Shown here: positions 18,050 through 26,247 of the stretch, in pieces | Layout: each line of letters begins with the position of its first letter | Position numbering within the stretch: position 1 is the first letter of the stretch | NCBI GenBank assembly: GCA_038745065.1 | Contig: JBCDLT010000013.1 | Coordinates: forward strand, 22,790 to 86,789 | Length of the DNA stretch: 64,000 nucleotides | Source: Pseudomonadota bacterium | GTDB taxonomy: Bacteria; Pseudomonadota; Alphaproteobacteria; Rhizobiales; JANQQB01 | Direction: 5' to 3' | Notes under the pieces: generated by a model | Databases searched by the model: none | Seen by the model: the letters and a program-made list of their open reading frames with translations, nothing else | Told to the model about the DNA's origin: nothing | Program-made: the position numbers and the translations under genes

Positions 18050-18656
18050 TGCGCCGCTTGCGCTCGATCGAACGGCGCTACTGGTCGTCGATCTCCAGAA
18101 CGACTTCCTGCACCCTGACGGTGCCTATGGTCGCGCCGGCCAATCCGCGCCGGAGATCGGTGCCCTGCCCGCGCGCCTGCTGCCCTTGGCGGAAACCCTG
18201 CGCCGTCGTGGCGGCTGGATCGTTTCCACCCAGTTCACGCTCGTTCCCGGCAAGGGCGGCAAACCATTTATATCCGATCATCTGAAACGTCTGCGACCGT
18301 TTCTCGACAAGGGCGATTTCGCGCCGGGCGGCTGGGGCCATCAGCTTGTCGACACGCTCCAGCCCGCAGACATTACGGTCGAGAAGGTCGCCTATTCGGC
18401 GTTCTACATGAGCCGACTGGAATTCGCCCTCAATCGCGCCGGCATCGATACCCTGATCGTCGGCGGCATCGTGACGAATGGCGGCGTGGCCTCGACGGTG
18501 CGCGACGCCCATGTGCGCGATTTCCACACCATCATTTTGTCCGACGGCTGTGCGGCCTTCAATCCGGAAGTCCACGCCACATCGATCGCTGATCTTGCGA
18601 CGATTTCAACGGTCATCACCTGTGCCGAGGCGCAGGAAAAACTGTCCAACGGCTAG
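18042..18656 (+). CDS. isochorismatase-family hydrolase lacking the canonical nucleophile Cys
   Basis: Internal ATG of ORF 17916..18656, 8-nt overlap with HyuA. ALLVVDLQNDF (Asp) and VEKVAYSAFY (Lys) are present. The Cys position reads IVTNGGVASTVRDA, i.e. Gly where T-x-x-C-V is expected. Confidence 0.85.
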   Translation: MADAPLALDRTALLVVDLQNDFLHPDGAYGRAGQSAPEIGALPARLLPLAETLRRRGGWIVSTQFTLVPGKGGKPFISDHLKRLRPFLDKGDFAPGGWGHQLVDTLQPADITVEKVAYSAFYMSRLEFALNRAGIDTLIVGGIVTNGGVASTVRDAHVRDFHTIILSDGCAAFNPEVHATSIADLATISTVITCAEAQEKLSNG

Positions 18657-18662
18657 CCCGCC

Positions 18663-20081
18663 ATGAGCGTGATCCGCCCCGTTCCCGATGAGGCCTTCGA
18701 TCTGACATGCGATATCGCCGTCATCGGTGCCGGCGCCTGCGGCCTGACCGCGGGGTTGAGGGCTCTCGAAGCCGGTGCCGACGTGATCGTGCTCGAACGC
18801 GACGCGACACCGTCGGGATCGACTGCGCTGTCTTCCGGTTTTGTCCCCGCTCCCGGCACCCGGTTCCAGGCGGCGCGTGGCATGGCCGACGACCCGGAAA
18901 GGTTTGCCGAGGACATCCAGTACAAGGCCGCCGGCGGCGCCGATCCTGATACGGTCACGACCGTCACTCACGCGATCGGACCGGCACTCGAATGGCTTGC
19001 CGATCGGCATGGTCTGGAATGGGACGTGCTCGACGGCTTTCTTTATCCGGGCCATCGCATCCACCGCATGCATGCGGTCCCGGAGCGCACGGGCGCCGCA
19101 CTGATGGGACGCCTGCTGACCGCCGCCGAGCGCAGCGGCCTGACGCTGGTCACCGATGCCCATGTCACGGCGTTGTTTGCCGATGCGAACCGGCGCGTCG
19201 CCGGCCTTGAGATCACCCGTCCGGACGGCCGGACCGAAACGCTCGGGTTCAAGGCTCTGATCCTTGCCTGCAACGGCTATGGCGGCAATCCGGACCTCGT
19301 AGCGAAACACATTCCGGAAATGGCCAACGCCCCCTATTACGGGCACGCAGGCAATCAGGGCGATGCCGTGATCTGGGGCGAGGCGCTCGGAGCGGCGTCC
19401 CGCGATCTGACGGCCTATCAGGGCCATGGTTCGTTGGCGCACCCGCACAACATCCTGATCACCTGGGCGCTGATGATGGAAGGCGGCATCCAGGTGAACC
19501 GGGACGGACGCCGGTTTTCGAACGAACACGCCGGCTATTCGGAACAGGCCCAAAAGGTGCTGCAGCAACCGGGCGGCGTCGCCTTTGCGATCTATGACGA
19601 GCCGCTTCATCAACGGGGCCTGGGGTTTCCAGACTATCGGGAGGCCGTGGCGACGGGCGCCGTCCTGAGCGCGGACAGCCCGGAAGCGCTGGAACGCGTC
19701 TGCGGGCTTCCCGCCGGGTCTCTCCAAGCCACCTTGGCAGAACTGCGGGCTCTGCGCGACGCGGACCCGGATCGGCGAACCGACACCTTCGGGCGCGACT
19801 TTTCCGGCTGGAAACCGTTTGTCTCACCATTGCACGCCGTACGCGTCACCGGCGCGGTCTTTCACACCCAGGGCGGCCTCGCGGTCGACGACAAAGCCCG
19901 GGTCAAGACAAGAGACGGCGGCATCTTGCCGAACCTGTATGCCGCTGGCGGCGCGGCCTGCGGCGTATCCGGCGCCCGGGTCGAGGGCTACCTTTCCGGC
20001 AATGGCCTGCTGACGGCCATCGGCCTCGGCTTCGTTGCCGGCAAGGCGGCCGCGGACGCCACGCAATCGGATCAGGCATAG
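18663..20081 (+). CDS. FAD-dependent oxidoreductase (fumarate-reductase / TcuA / KstD-like flavoprotein)
   Basis: DIAVIGAGACGLTAGLRALEAGADVIVLERD dinucleotide fold. C-terminal GLYAAGGAACG. 472 aa. Confidence 0.85.
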   Translation: MSVIRPVPDEAFDLTCDIAVIGAGACGLTAGLRALEAGADVIVLERDATPSGSTALSSGFVPAPGTRFQAARGMADDPERFAEDIQYKAAGGADPDTVTTVTHAIGPALEWLADRHGLEWDVLDGFLYPGHRIHRMHAVPERTGAALMGRLLTAAERSGLTLVTDAHVTALFADANRRVAGLEITRPDGRTETLGFKALILACNGYGGNPDLVAKHIPEMANAPYYGHAGNQGDAVIWGEALGAASRDLTAYQGHGSLAHPHNILITWALMMEGGIQVNRDGRRFSNEHAGYSEQAQKVLQQPGGVAFAIYDEPLHQRGLGFPDYREAVATGAVLSADSPEALERVCGLPAGSLQATLAELRALRDADPDRRTDTFGRDFSGWKPFVSPLHAVRVTGAVFHTQGGLAVDDKARVKTRDGGILPNLYAAGGAACGVSGARVEGYLSGNGLLTAIGLGFVAGKAAADATQSDQA

Positions 20082-20142
20082 TGAACGCGCAACCGGAAGG
20101 ATCGGTCACTGGATCCGAAGCGGACCGGGCGCCCGAAGCGCT

Positions 20143-20832
20143 TTAACCCGTAATCCAGTCGAACGCCTGGCGAACCGCCTCCTTCGCGCCGCCTTGCAGG
20201 CAATGGCCGTGGGCAACGACGAGATTGTCGAAATCCCATCCCAGGATCCGGTCGACACTGAGCCGTAGCGCGGCCTTATCGCGGACGCTGAGCTTGATGT
20301 CCAGGGGCACGCCGCCGTCCTTGCCCAGAATGCCCGCCGCGTGTTTGACGCCCCGCCAAACCCACGTTTCGCCGGCCGCCTCGTGCTTTTGGATCAGATC
20401 CGTGATGATGAGCGTTCCGGAAGGTCTGTGCAGAAACACGACCTCGTCCAGGACGGCATGTCCCTCGACGACGCAATGATCGATTTCGCCGCTCCACGGG
20501 GCATCGACATCGTTGGTCAGCAGCGTATCGACGGCGATGTCCGGATGACGCGCGCTGAACCCCGGCGAAGCCCATACCTTGGCTGACGGATACTCGGCCT
20601 TCCACGGTTCGATGCCGAGGCTGTGGATCTTGTTGGGCGCAACGAGATGCTCCACCGGGCCCAGTTTTTCGACAGCGGCGCATCGTTCCGGCGTCGGCTG
20701 CACGGGGGAGTGAAGCCACATCCCTCCCGAATGCAGCCGGACGATTGTCATGCGGGTCGTGAACGGCAGCACGCCGAACATGCGCACGTTGTCGCCGTCC
20801 AGCGTCCAAAGGTCAGGTCCAAAAAATTCCAT
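20143..20832 (-). CDS. DUF4336 domain protein
   Basis: 229 aa. The pattern LWTLDG...RMTIVRL..GGMWLHSP...LVAPNKIHS...IITDLI matches my recollection of DUF4336. Confidence 0.6.
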   Translation of the reverse strand: MEFFGPDLWTLDGDNVRMFGVLPFTTRMTIVRLHSGGMWLHSPVQPTPERCAAVEKLGPVEHLVAPNKIHSLGIEPWKAEYPSAKVWASPGFSARHPDIAVDTLLTNDVDAPWSGEIDHCVVEGHAVLDEVVFLHRPSGTLIITDLIQKHEAAGETWVWRGVKHAAGILGKDGGVPLDIKLSVRDKAALRLSVDRILGWDFDNLVVAHGHCLQGGAKEAVRQAFDWITG

Positions 20833-20845
20833 GATACCGGTTACA

Positions 20846-20873
20846 TGAAAATCGCGGCCCGGCGCACCGGGCC
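20846..20873 (-). terminator. rho-independent-type terminator after the GntR(FCD) gene
   Basis: Minus strand reads GGCCCGG-tgcg-CCGGGCC (7-bp stem) followed by gcgATTTTC. It lies 65 nt after the GntR stop and only about 14 nt before the DUF4336 ATG. Confidence 0.5.
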
Positions 20874-20937
20874 GAAGCCTTTCAGAAATCGCACAAACGT
20901 CTCATGTGGTGGTTCAGAATCGGAAAAGTAAGCCGGG

Positions 20938-21639
20938 TCAGCCCTCCAGCGACAGCAACGATTCCTTCAGATAGGCACCGGTGCCCTGGTAGTGCTGCAA
21001 GAGCAGCGAGACGGCCTCGTCGGCATTCCGCACGATCGCGGCCTCGAAGATCTGACGATGTTCTTCTGCAATGTCGCGCTGCGGGTAGGCGCTCGTGACC
21101 GCGATATAGCGATAGCGGATGTTCTGGTCGTAAAGCTGCTCACAGAAGCCGAGGAGCGGTCGCGATCCACAGCCTGAAAGAAGCGCCATGTGAAAAGCCC
21201 GATGCGCCGTCTCCCAGGCCGTTGTCGTGCGCAATTCTCCGGACGCAGACCGGTCGGTTCGCGTCAGGCGATGATGGGCAAGAACGAGATTTTCTTCCCA
21301 TGCGACGCCGGCATTGCGGATCGATTCCGTGAGCGCGCGTTCTTCCAGCCAGCAGCGCGTCGTCAGCAATTCCTCGAATGCGGCCAGCGAGATCTCCGCT
21401 ACCCGAAAACCCCGCTGATCGATCCGGTCGACGAGCCCCTCCGAGGTCAGAAGGCTCAAGGCTTCGCGCAGCGGGCTGGCGCCGGCTTCATAGCGGTCCC
21501 GCAAGGTCTCGATCTTGAGCTTGGCGCCCGGCTTGAGCGCACCTGTGAGCACATCCCGCCGCAACCGGTCGTAAACCATCGAGGTGATGGAGACCGGTTT
21601 GGCGACCTCCGCTTCGCCCAGTTCAGGCGCGATCTGCAT
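20938..21639 (-). CDS. GntR family transcriptional regulator, FadR/FCD subfamily
   Basis: VYDRLRRDVLTGALKPGAKLKIETLRDRYEAGASPLREALSLLTSEGLV wHTH plus a helical FCD-like C-terminal domain. Confidence 0.85.
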   Translation of the reverse strand: MQIAPELGEAEVAKPVSITSMVYDRLRRDVLTGALKPGAKLKIETLRDRYEAGASPLREALSLLTSEGLVDRIDQRGFRVAEISLAAFEELLTTRCWLEERALTESIRNAGVAWEENLVLAHHRLTRTDRSASGELRTTTAWETAHRAFHMALLSGCGSRPLLGFCEQLYDQNIRYRYIAVTSAYPQRDIAEEHRQIFEAAIVRNADEAVSLLLQHYQGTGAYLKESLLSLEG

Positions 21640-21676
21640 TAGGCATCCTCCAGCGTGCTGAACAGGTCCGGTCGGC

Positions 21677-22552
21677 TCATTCCGGTGTCTCCGCCAGAAC
21701 GAAGTCGAAATCGACCACGTAATAGGGATTGCTCATGCGATCCCGGGCCGCGATATCCGGTGCGATGCCTGAGGCATCGGTGCGTTTTTGATACTGCATG
21801 ATCAGATCCTCGCGCACCCCGAAAACCGCGTCCGCGTCGAGATAGGGATCATCGTCAGGAAACACTTCGGTCACAAGCGTGCGGTATCCTGCGGCTTCCA
21901 CGATGAAATGCAGATGCGAGGGGCGCCAGGGGTGACGTCCGGTCGCATGCAGCAGTGTGCCCACGGGACCGTCGTCCGGCACCGTATAGGGAGCGGGGCG
22001 AATCGTTGTGAACGCATACCGGCCGTCCGGGCCCGTGACCTGACGGGCGCGCAGATTGTATTCCGGCTGGGCGGCATCCTGGTTGGAGTAAAGGCCGTTG
22101 TCGGCGGTCTGCCAGATCTCCAAAACCGCGCCCTCGATCGGCGCTCCGGACCGGCATCGAACGAATCCTTCCACCAGCACGGTGGCGCCGTCATTGTCGC
22201 CTTTGAGGTCACCGCCGACGGGCAGGTCGGGCGCACCGGTAATGTGGAACGGCCCGAGCACGCTCGAATTTGTGGCGTCTTGCGTCGAATGAATCATGTC
22301 GACAAGCGACGACAGGCCGAGCACGTCGGAAAACAGCACAAATTCGTTGCGTTCCGGCGTGGTGATCTCGCCCGCCTTCGTAAGAAGACCGATCCCGGTC
22401 TGCCATTCCTCGTGGGTCAGTTCGGTTTCGCGGGCAAAATCGTGCAGGTGGGCGGCGAGACGCTCCAGCACGAAACGCAGGCGCGGAGAGGTTTCCGGCG
22501 CCATCAGTTCCACGAAGGTCTGGGTGACTGAGTCTCGCGTTACCGACCGCAT
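21677..22552 (-). CDS. intradiol ring-cleavage dioxygenase (catechol / hydroxyquinol 1,2-dioxygenase family)
   Basis: 291 aa. N-terminal helical linker domain (LTHEEWQTGIGLLTKAG..RNEFVLFSDVLGLSSLVD). Iron-ligand region YTVP...RPSHLHFIV. Confidence 0.85.
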   Translation of the reverse strand: MRSVTRDSVTQTFVELMAPETSPRLRFVLERLAAHLHDFARETELTHEEWQTGIGLLTKAGEITTPERNEFVLFSDVLGLSSLVDMIHSTQDATNSSVLGPFHITGAPDLPVGGDLKGDNDGATVLVEGFVRCRSGAPIEGAVLEIWQTADNGLYSNQDAAQPEYNLRARQVTGPDGRYAFTTIRPAPYTVPDDGPVGTLLHATGRHPWRPSHLHFIVEAAGYRTLVTEVFPDDDPYLDADAVFGVREDLIMQYQKRTDASGIAPDIAARDRMSNPYYVVDFDFVLAETPE

Positions 22553-22580
22553 GGCTTTTTTCTCCCTTCCCGACGCTCAA

Positions 22581-23894
22581 TCAGCCAAGCAGACCAGTGC
22601 TGAGCACCGGAAACCGGATCAGCACAATCAGAACCATCAGCATCACGACGGCGAACGGCAGGGCCCCGAGGAACACGTCCTTCAGGCTGATCCGGTCGTC
22701 GTTCAGCGTCGACTTGATGACGAAACACGAAATGCCGAGCGGCGGCGTTAAAAGCCCGATCTCGGCACCGATCACGGTGATGATCCCGAACCAGATCAGG
22801 CTGAGCCCCATGGGCTCGATGATGTCGATGAACAACGGCACGACGATCAGGATGATCGAAGCCGTGTCGAGCAGCGTGCCGAGAAACAGCATGAGCAGGA
22901 CATAGGCGACCATGATCCAGAAGAAGTCGAGCGTCTGGGCCGTCAGGAAATCCTGCAGAGCGTTCGGCAGATCGACGAAACCCAGCATCCGGCTGTAGAA
23001 GGAGGCGGCTGTGATCAGGAACAGGATAGCGGCCGTGATGTGCCCGGTCTCCAACAGCGCCGACCAGAACCCGGCGAGCGTCATCCGCCGCTTCAGGACC
23101 GCGATCACAAAAGCGCCGAGACAGCCCGCGGCACCCGCCTCCACCGGGGTCAGCCAGCCGGTATAGATGCCGCCGAGCACAAGCACGATCAGCGACAGGA
23201 GCGGCAAGATGAGCGCGATCACCTCGCCGCGCGAAAGCTCCGGCTCCTCGCCGGGATCCGCGATCCGGCCGCCGACGAACGCCGGCGTCAGCGCCGCCAT
23301 GATGAAAATCGCGATGATGTAGGCAACGGCCAGGAGCAGCCCCGGCACGATACCGGCAATGAACATGTCGCCTACCGACACTTCCGCAACAAAGGCGTAG
23401 ATAATCAGCATCGCGCTCGGCGGAATGATCATGCCGAGCACGGACGACCCGGCCACGACGCCGACGGCAAACCGCGGATTGTAGTCGAGCTTCAGCATTT
23501 CCGGCACCGAGACCCGGGTGAACACCGATGCCGAGGCGATTGAGGAACCGGTGACGGCGGCGAACAGGGCGTTCGCACCGACCGTTGCCATGCCGATCCC
23601 GCCGCGAATCCGCCTGAAAGCCTGGTTGGTCACGGCGTAGACGTCGGTTCCCATGCCGGCTTTCGAGACAAGCAGGCCCATGAAGGTGAACAGCGGGATC
23701 GTCGCGAACTCGTATTCCGTCACGCTGTCTCCAACCGCCTGGCGCAGAAAGTTGACGGCAAGGATCGGCCGTTCGCTGACGATCCAGATCGTCACGAACG
23801 AAACGCCGGCAAGCGCGACAGGGATGTAGACGCCGAGATAGATCAGGACGACGATCGCCCCGACCGAGACCAGTCCGATTTCGACCGGGCTCAT
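22581..23894 (-). CDS. dctM: TRAP transporter large permease (DctM)
   Basis: Internal ATG (codon 69 of ORF 22581..24098) overlapping the DctQ stop (ATGA). 438 aa polytopic. Confidence 0.9.
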   Translation of the reverse strand: MSPVEIGLVSVGAIVVLIYLGVYIPVALAGVSFVTIWIVSERPILAVNFLRQAVGDSVTEYEFATIPLFTFMGLLVSKAGMGTDVYAVTNQAFRRIRGGIGMATVGANALFAAVTGSSIASASVFTRVSVPEMLKLDYNPRFAVGVVAGSSVLGMIIPPSAMLIIYAFVAEVSVGDMFIAGIVPGLLLAVAYIIAIFIMAALTPAFVGGRIADPGEEPELSRGEVIALILPLLSLIVLVLGGIYTGWLTPVEAGAAGCLGAFVIAVLKRRMTLAGFWSALLETGHITAAILFLITAASFYSRMLGFVDLPNALQDFLTAQTLDFFWIMVAYVLLMLFLGTLLDTASIILIVVPLFIDIIEPMGLSLIWFGIITVIGAEIGLLTPPLGISCFVIKSTLNDDRISLKDVFLGALPFAVVMLMVLIVLIRFPVLSTGLLG

Positions 23895-24544
23895 GCGCCG
23901 CTCTCCTGCACCGCCGAACCGCCATCCGCCGCAGGCGCGAACGCACCGTTGCCGAGAACGACCTTGAAGAAAAACAGGATGCAGCAGAGCCCCGCACTGA
24001 ACGTGATCACCAGCCGGGCCGGCCACCAGGGCGCGGTAAACACACCCGGCGTACCGAAATAGAGGCACCGTGCGGTGGCGTTTTTCAGGTCGGTCCACAG
24101 GTCGCCGGTGAATTCGGGACCGAATTCGGGCGGCGTGAAATAGTGGCAGGTTTCAAGCGCGTGCAGGAACTCCGGAAAGGTCGCATAGGCGATCAGACCC
24201 ATCAGCACGCAGGCGAGCGCGTCGATCATCCGACTGAGACCATTGGCTATTCTCGGATTGCGGGAACTCAGCAAGGCCAGAAACCCGTCGGACCGCGTCA
24301 GCCGGTTGACCCGGACCACATCCGGCAATTGCATGAAGACGATCAACACCATGGAAAAGATGACGACTTCGACGACCCCGAGGAACGGTGCGTGGAATAC
24401 GCCGCGTGCGACGACGTCGATGTTCATGACGATGACCAGCGCGAGCACCGTAAGCGTGCCGATGGCATTGGCTGCGATCGCCACGCCATCGAAGATCCGG
24501 GACAGGGCGCGCGCGACCCGCGACAATATCGGGGAAACGGTCAT
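23891..24544 (-). CDS. dctQ: TRAP transporter small permease (DctQ)
   Basis: 217 aa, 4 predicted TM segments, positioned between dctP and dctM. Confidence 0.8.
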   Translation of the reverse strand: MTVSPILSRVARALSRIFDGVAIAANAIGTLTVLALVIVMNIDVVARGVFHAPFLGVVEVVIFSMVLIVFMQLPDVVRVNRLTRSDGFLALLSSRNPRIANGLSRMIDALACVLMGLIAYATFPEFLHALETCHYFTPPEFGPEFTGDLWTDLKNATARCLYFGTPGVFTAPWWPARLVITFSAGLCCILFFFKVVLGNGAFAPAADGGSAVQESGA

Positions 24545-24598
24545 CGCGGGTCGCTCCCGGTCAGGTCGGCGCCGTCAATGCAGGGAGAACTGCGCGGC

Positions 24599-25693
24599 TC
24601 ATTCCGCGACCCAGTCGCGCACCGGCACGGACCCGGCCTGCTTGAGCTTGTCCACGTAGGCGGCAAGCATGTCCGAGCCCGGCGCTCCGGCCTTGTCGAG
24701 CTTTTCCGCCCAGCTTTTTGCGATGTTCGGCATGGCGCGGGCCCAGGCCTCGCGGTCTGCATCCGAAAGCACGACCACCTTGCCGCCTGATTCCTTGAAC
24801 TTTTCGAGCGAGACTTCCGCGCGTTCCATGGCCACCTCGGCGACCCGGTCCCGGTACTCCACGGCGACCTTCTGCAGCACGTCCTTCACTTCGTCCGGCA
24901 GCTTTTCCCAGACCTGTTTGTTCACCGTGACCGTCTTGGAATTCACTGCCCCGAGATCCGCCTTGATCATGTAGGGCGCCACTTCGTTGATCTTGAACGT
25001 CATGGCAGCTTCCGGCCACAGCATCGCCGCTTCGACCACGCCGGTCTGCAGCATGTTGTAGAAGTTCGGCAGCCCGCCGCGCACGCCGGCGGCATCGTTG
25101 AGCCCTTCCAGATAACGCAGATTGTATCCGGCACCGGCAATCTTCAGGCCGTCGAGATCGGACAGGCCTGAGGCCGGGTTCTTGGAAAACATCTGATAGC
25201 TGTCGAGCACCACGCCGGTCGCCAGATAGACCTGGTTCTCGCGGTCGAATTCCGCCTGCATCTGGGGGAATTCGCGGGCGATTTCGTCGACCGCGCGGGC
25301 AACGACCCGGGCGTCCGACGATATCAGCGGCGTGACGGCGGAAATGCCCTGGCTGGGCAGCGCCGAATTGTGGAAGATCGTGGTCACGATGCCGATGTCG
25401 CCAAGGCCGAGCTTGATGCCTTCCAGCACGCCGCGCGGCTTGACGATCTGGCCGCCATAGGCCTCTTGCCATTCGATCTTGTAATTGCCCGCCTTGGCAA
25501 GCTCCTCATTGACCCGCGGGATGAAGAAGCCGGAAAACTCCTTCACCCACATGGCACGGGCGGGATAGCCGTCGATGGCGATCATCTTGATCGTTTCTGT
25601 CGCGGCCGCAGGAAGCGCGGTCGCGACAAGGCATGTTGCCAGCAAAGCCGACCGCATGGGCCGGCGGATAAGTCCCTGGACGAGTTTGTGCAT
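24599..25693 (-). CDS. dctP: TRAP transporter substrate-binding protein (DctP family)
   Basis: Internal ATG (codon 53 of ORF 24599..25849) preceded by GGGAGGAAAAC. Signal peptide ...LVATALPAAATE. Confidence 0.85.
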   Translation of the reverse strand: MHKLVQGLIRRPMRSALLATCLVATALPAAATETIKMIAIDGYPARAMWVKEFSGFFIPRVNEELAKAGNYKIEWQEAYGGQIVKPRGVLEGIKLGLGDIGIVTTIFHNSALPSQGISAVTPLISSDARVVARAVDEIAREFPQMQAEFDRENQVYLATGVVLDSYQMFSKNPASGLSDLDGLKIAGAGYNLRYLEGLNDAAGVRGGLPNFYNMLQTGVVEAAMLWPEAAMTFKINEVAPYMIKADLGAVNSKTVTVNKQVWEKLPDEVKDVLQKVAVEYRDRVAEVAMERAEVSLEKFKESGGKVVVLSDADREAWARAMPNIAKSWAEKLDKAGAPGSDMLAAYVDKLKQAGSVPVRDWVAE

Positions 25694-25782
25694 GTTTTCC
25701 TCCCGTTTTGCCGGTCCCTCCGGGTTCCGGCGCGTTGTTCTTGTCGGGCTGCCGTCCTGCCAAAGGGCGGGACCGGCAATCC

Positions 25783-26238
25783 TCACGGACGGCGCCACAC
25801 CTCCCGGATTTCGGTTCCCGCTTCGCGAAACAGTTTGGAGAGCGGGCAAAATTTTCTGACGGCATCGGCAAGCCGGATGATGTCCGGCTCCGTTGCAGTG
25901 CCGTCATAGGTCACGACAAGATCGATTTCCCGAAACGGCACGTCGACTTCTTCCTGCAGGGTCACACCGCGCCGATCGAACACGCAGGCCGCCTCGATTG
26001 TCAGGTGGCCGATATCGATCCCCATGTCGGCGGCACATTTGTGCCCGATGACGTTGGTGCAGCCGATGAGGGCGGACAGGGCGGTGTCGGTCGGCGTCGG
26101 TCCGGCATTGGTACCGCCGCGCGCAACCGGTTCGTCGATGCTGAATGCAAGGTCGCGGATCGACACGTCGGAACGGGAATGGCTCGGGCAGGTCGCCGTC
26201 GCCCGCAGCGTCACGTCGGATTTCATCGTCGTGGTCAT
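25783..26238 (-). CDS. OsmC/Ohr family protein
   Basis: 151 aa with the two family cysteines (ALIGCTNV and VRKFCPLSK). Confidence 0.8.
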   Translation of the reverse strand: MTTTMKSDVTLRATATCPSHSRSDVSIRDLAFSIDEPVARGGTNAGPTPTDTALSALIGCTNVIGHKCAADMGIDIGHLTIEAACVFDRRGVTLQEEVDVPFREIDLVVTYDGTATEPDIIRLADAVRKFCPLSKLFREAGTEIREVWRRP

Positions 26239-26247
26239 GACCGCACC

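Noticed and set aside
20082-20142. Direct repeat CCGAAGCG x2 (20115-20122 and 20133-20140) and short GCGC stems between the convergent flavoprotein and DUF4336 genes.
   Set aside because: Only 4-5 bp stems can form and there is no convincing U-tract. It is too weak to call a bidirectional terminator.
22540-23997. 485-aa ORF overlapping dctM in another frame, and the N-terminal 68 codons of ORF 22581..24098.
   Set aside because: The translation is Arg/Gly-rich junk. The DctM start at 23894 gives the standard ATGA coupling with dctQ.
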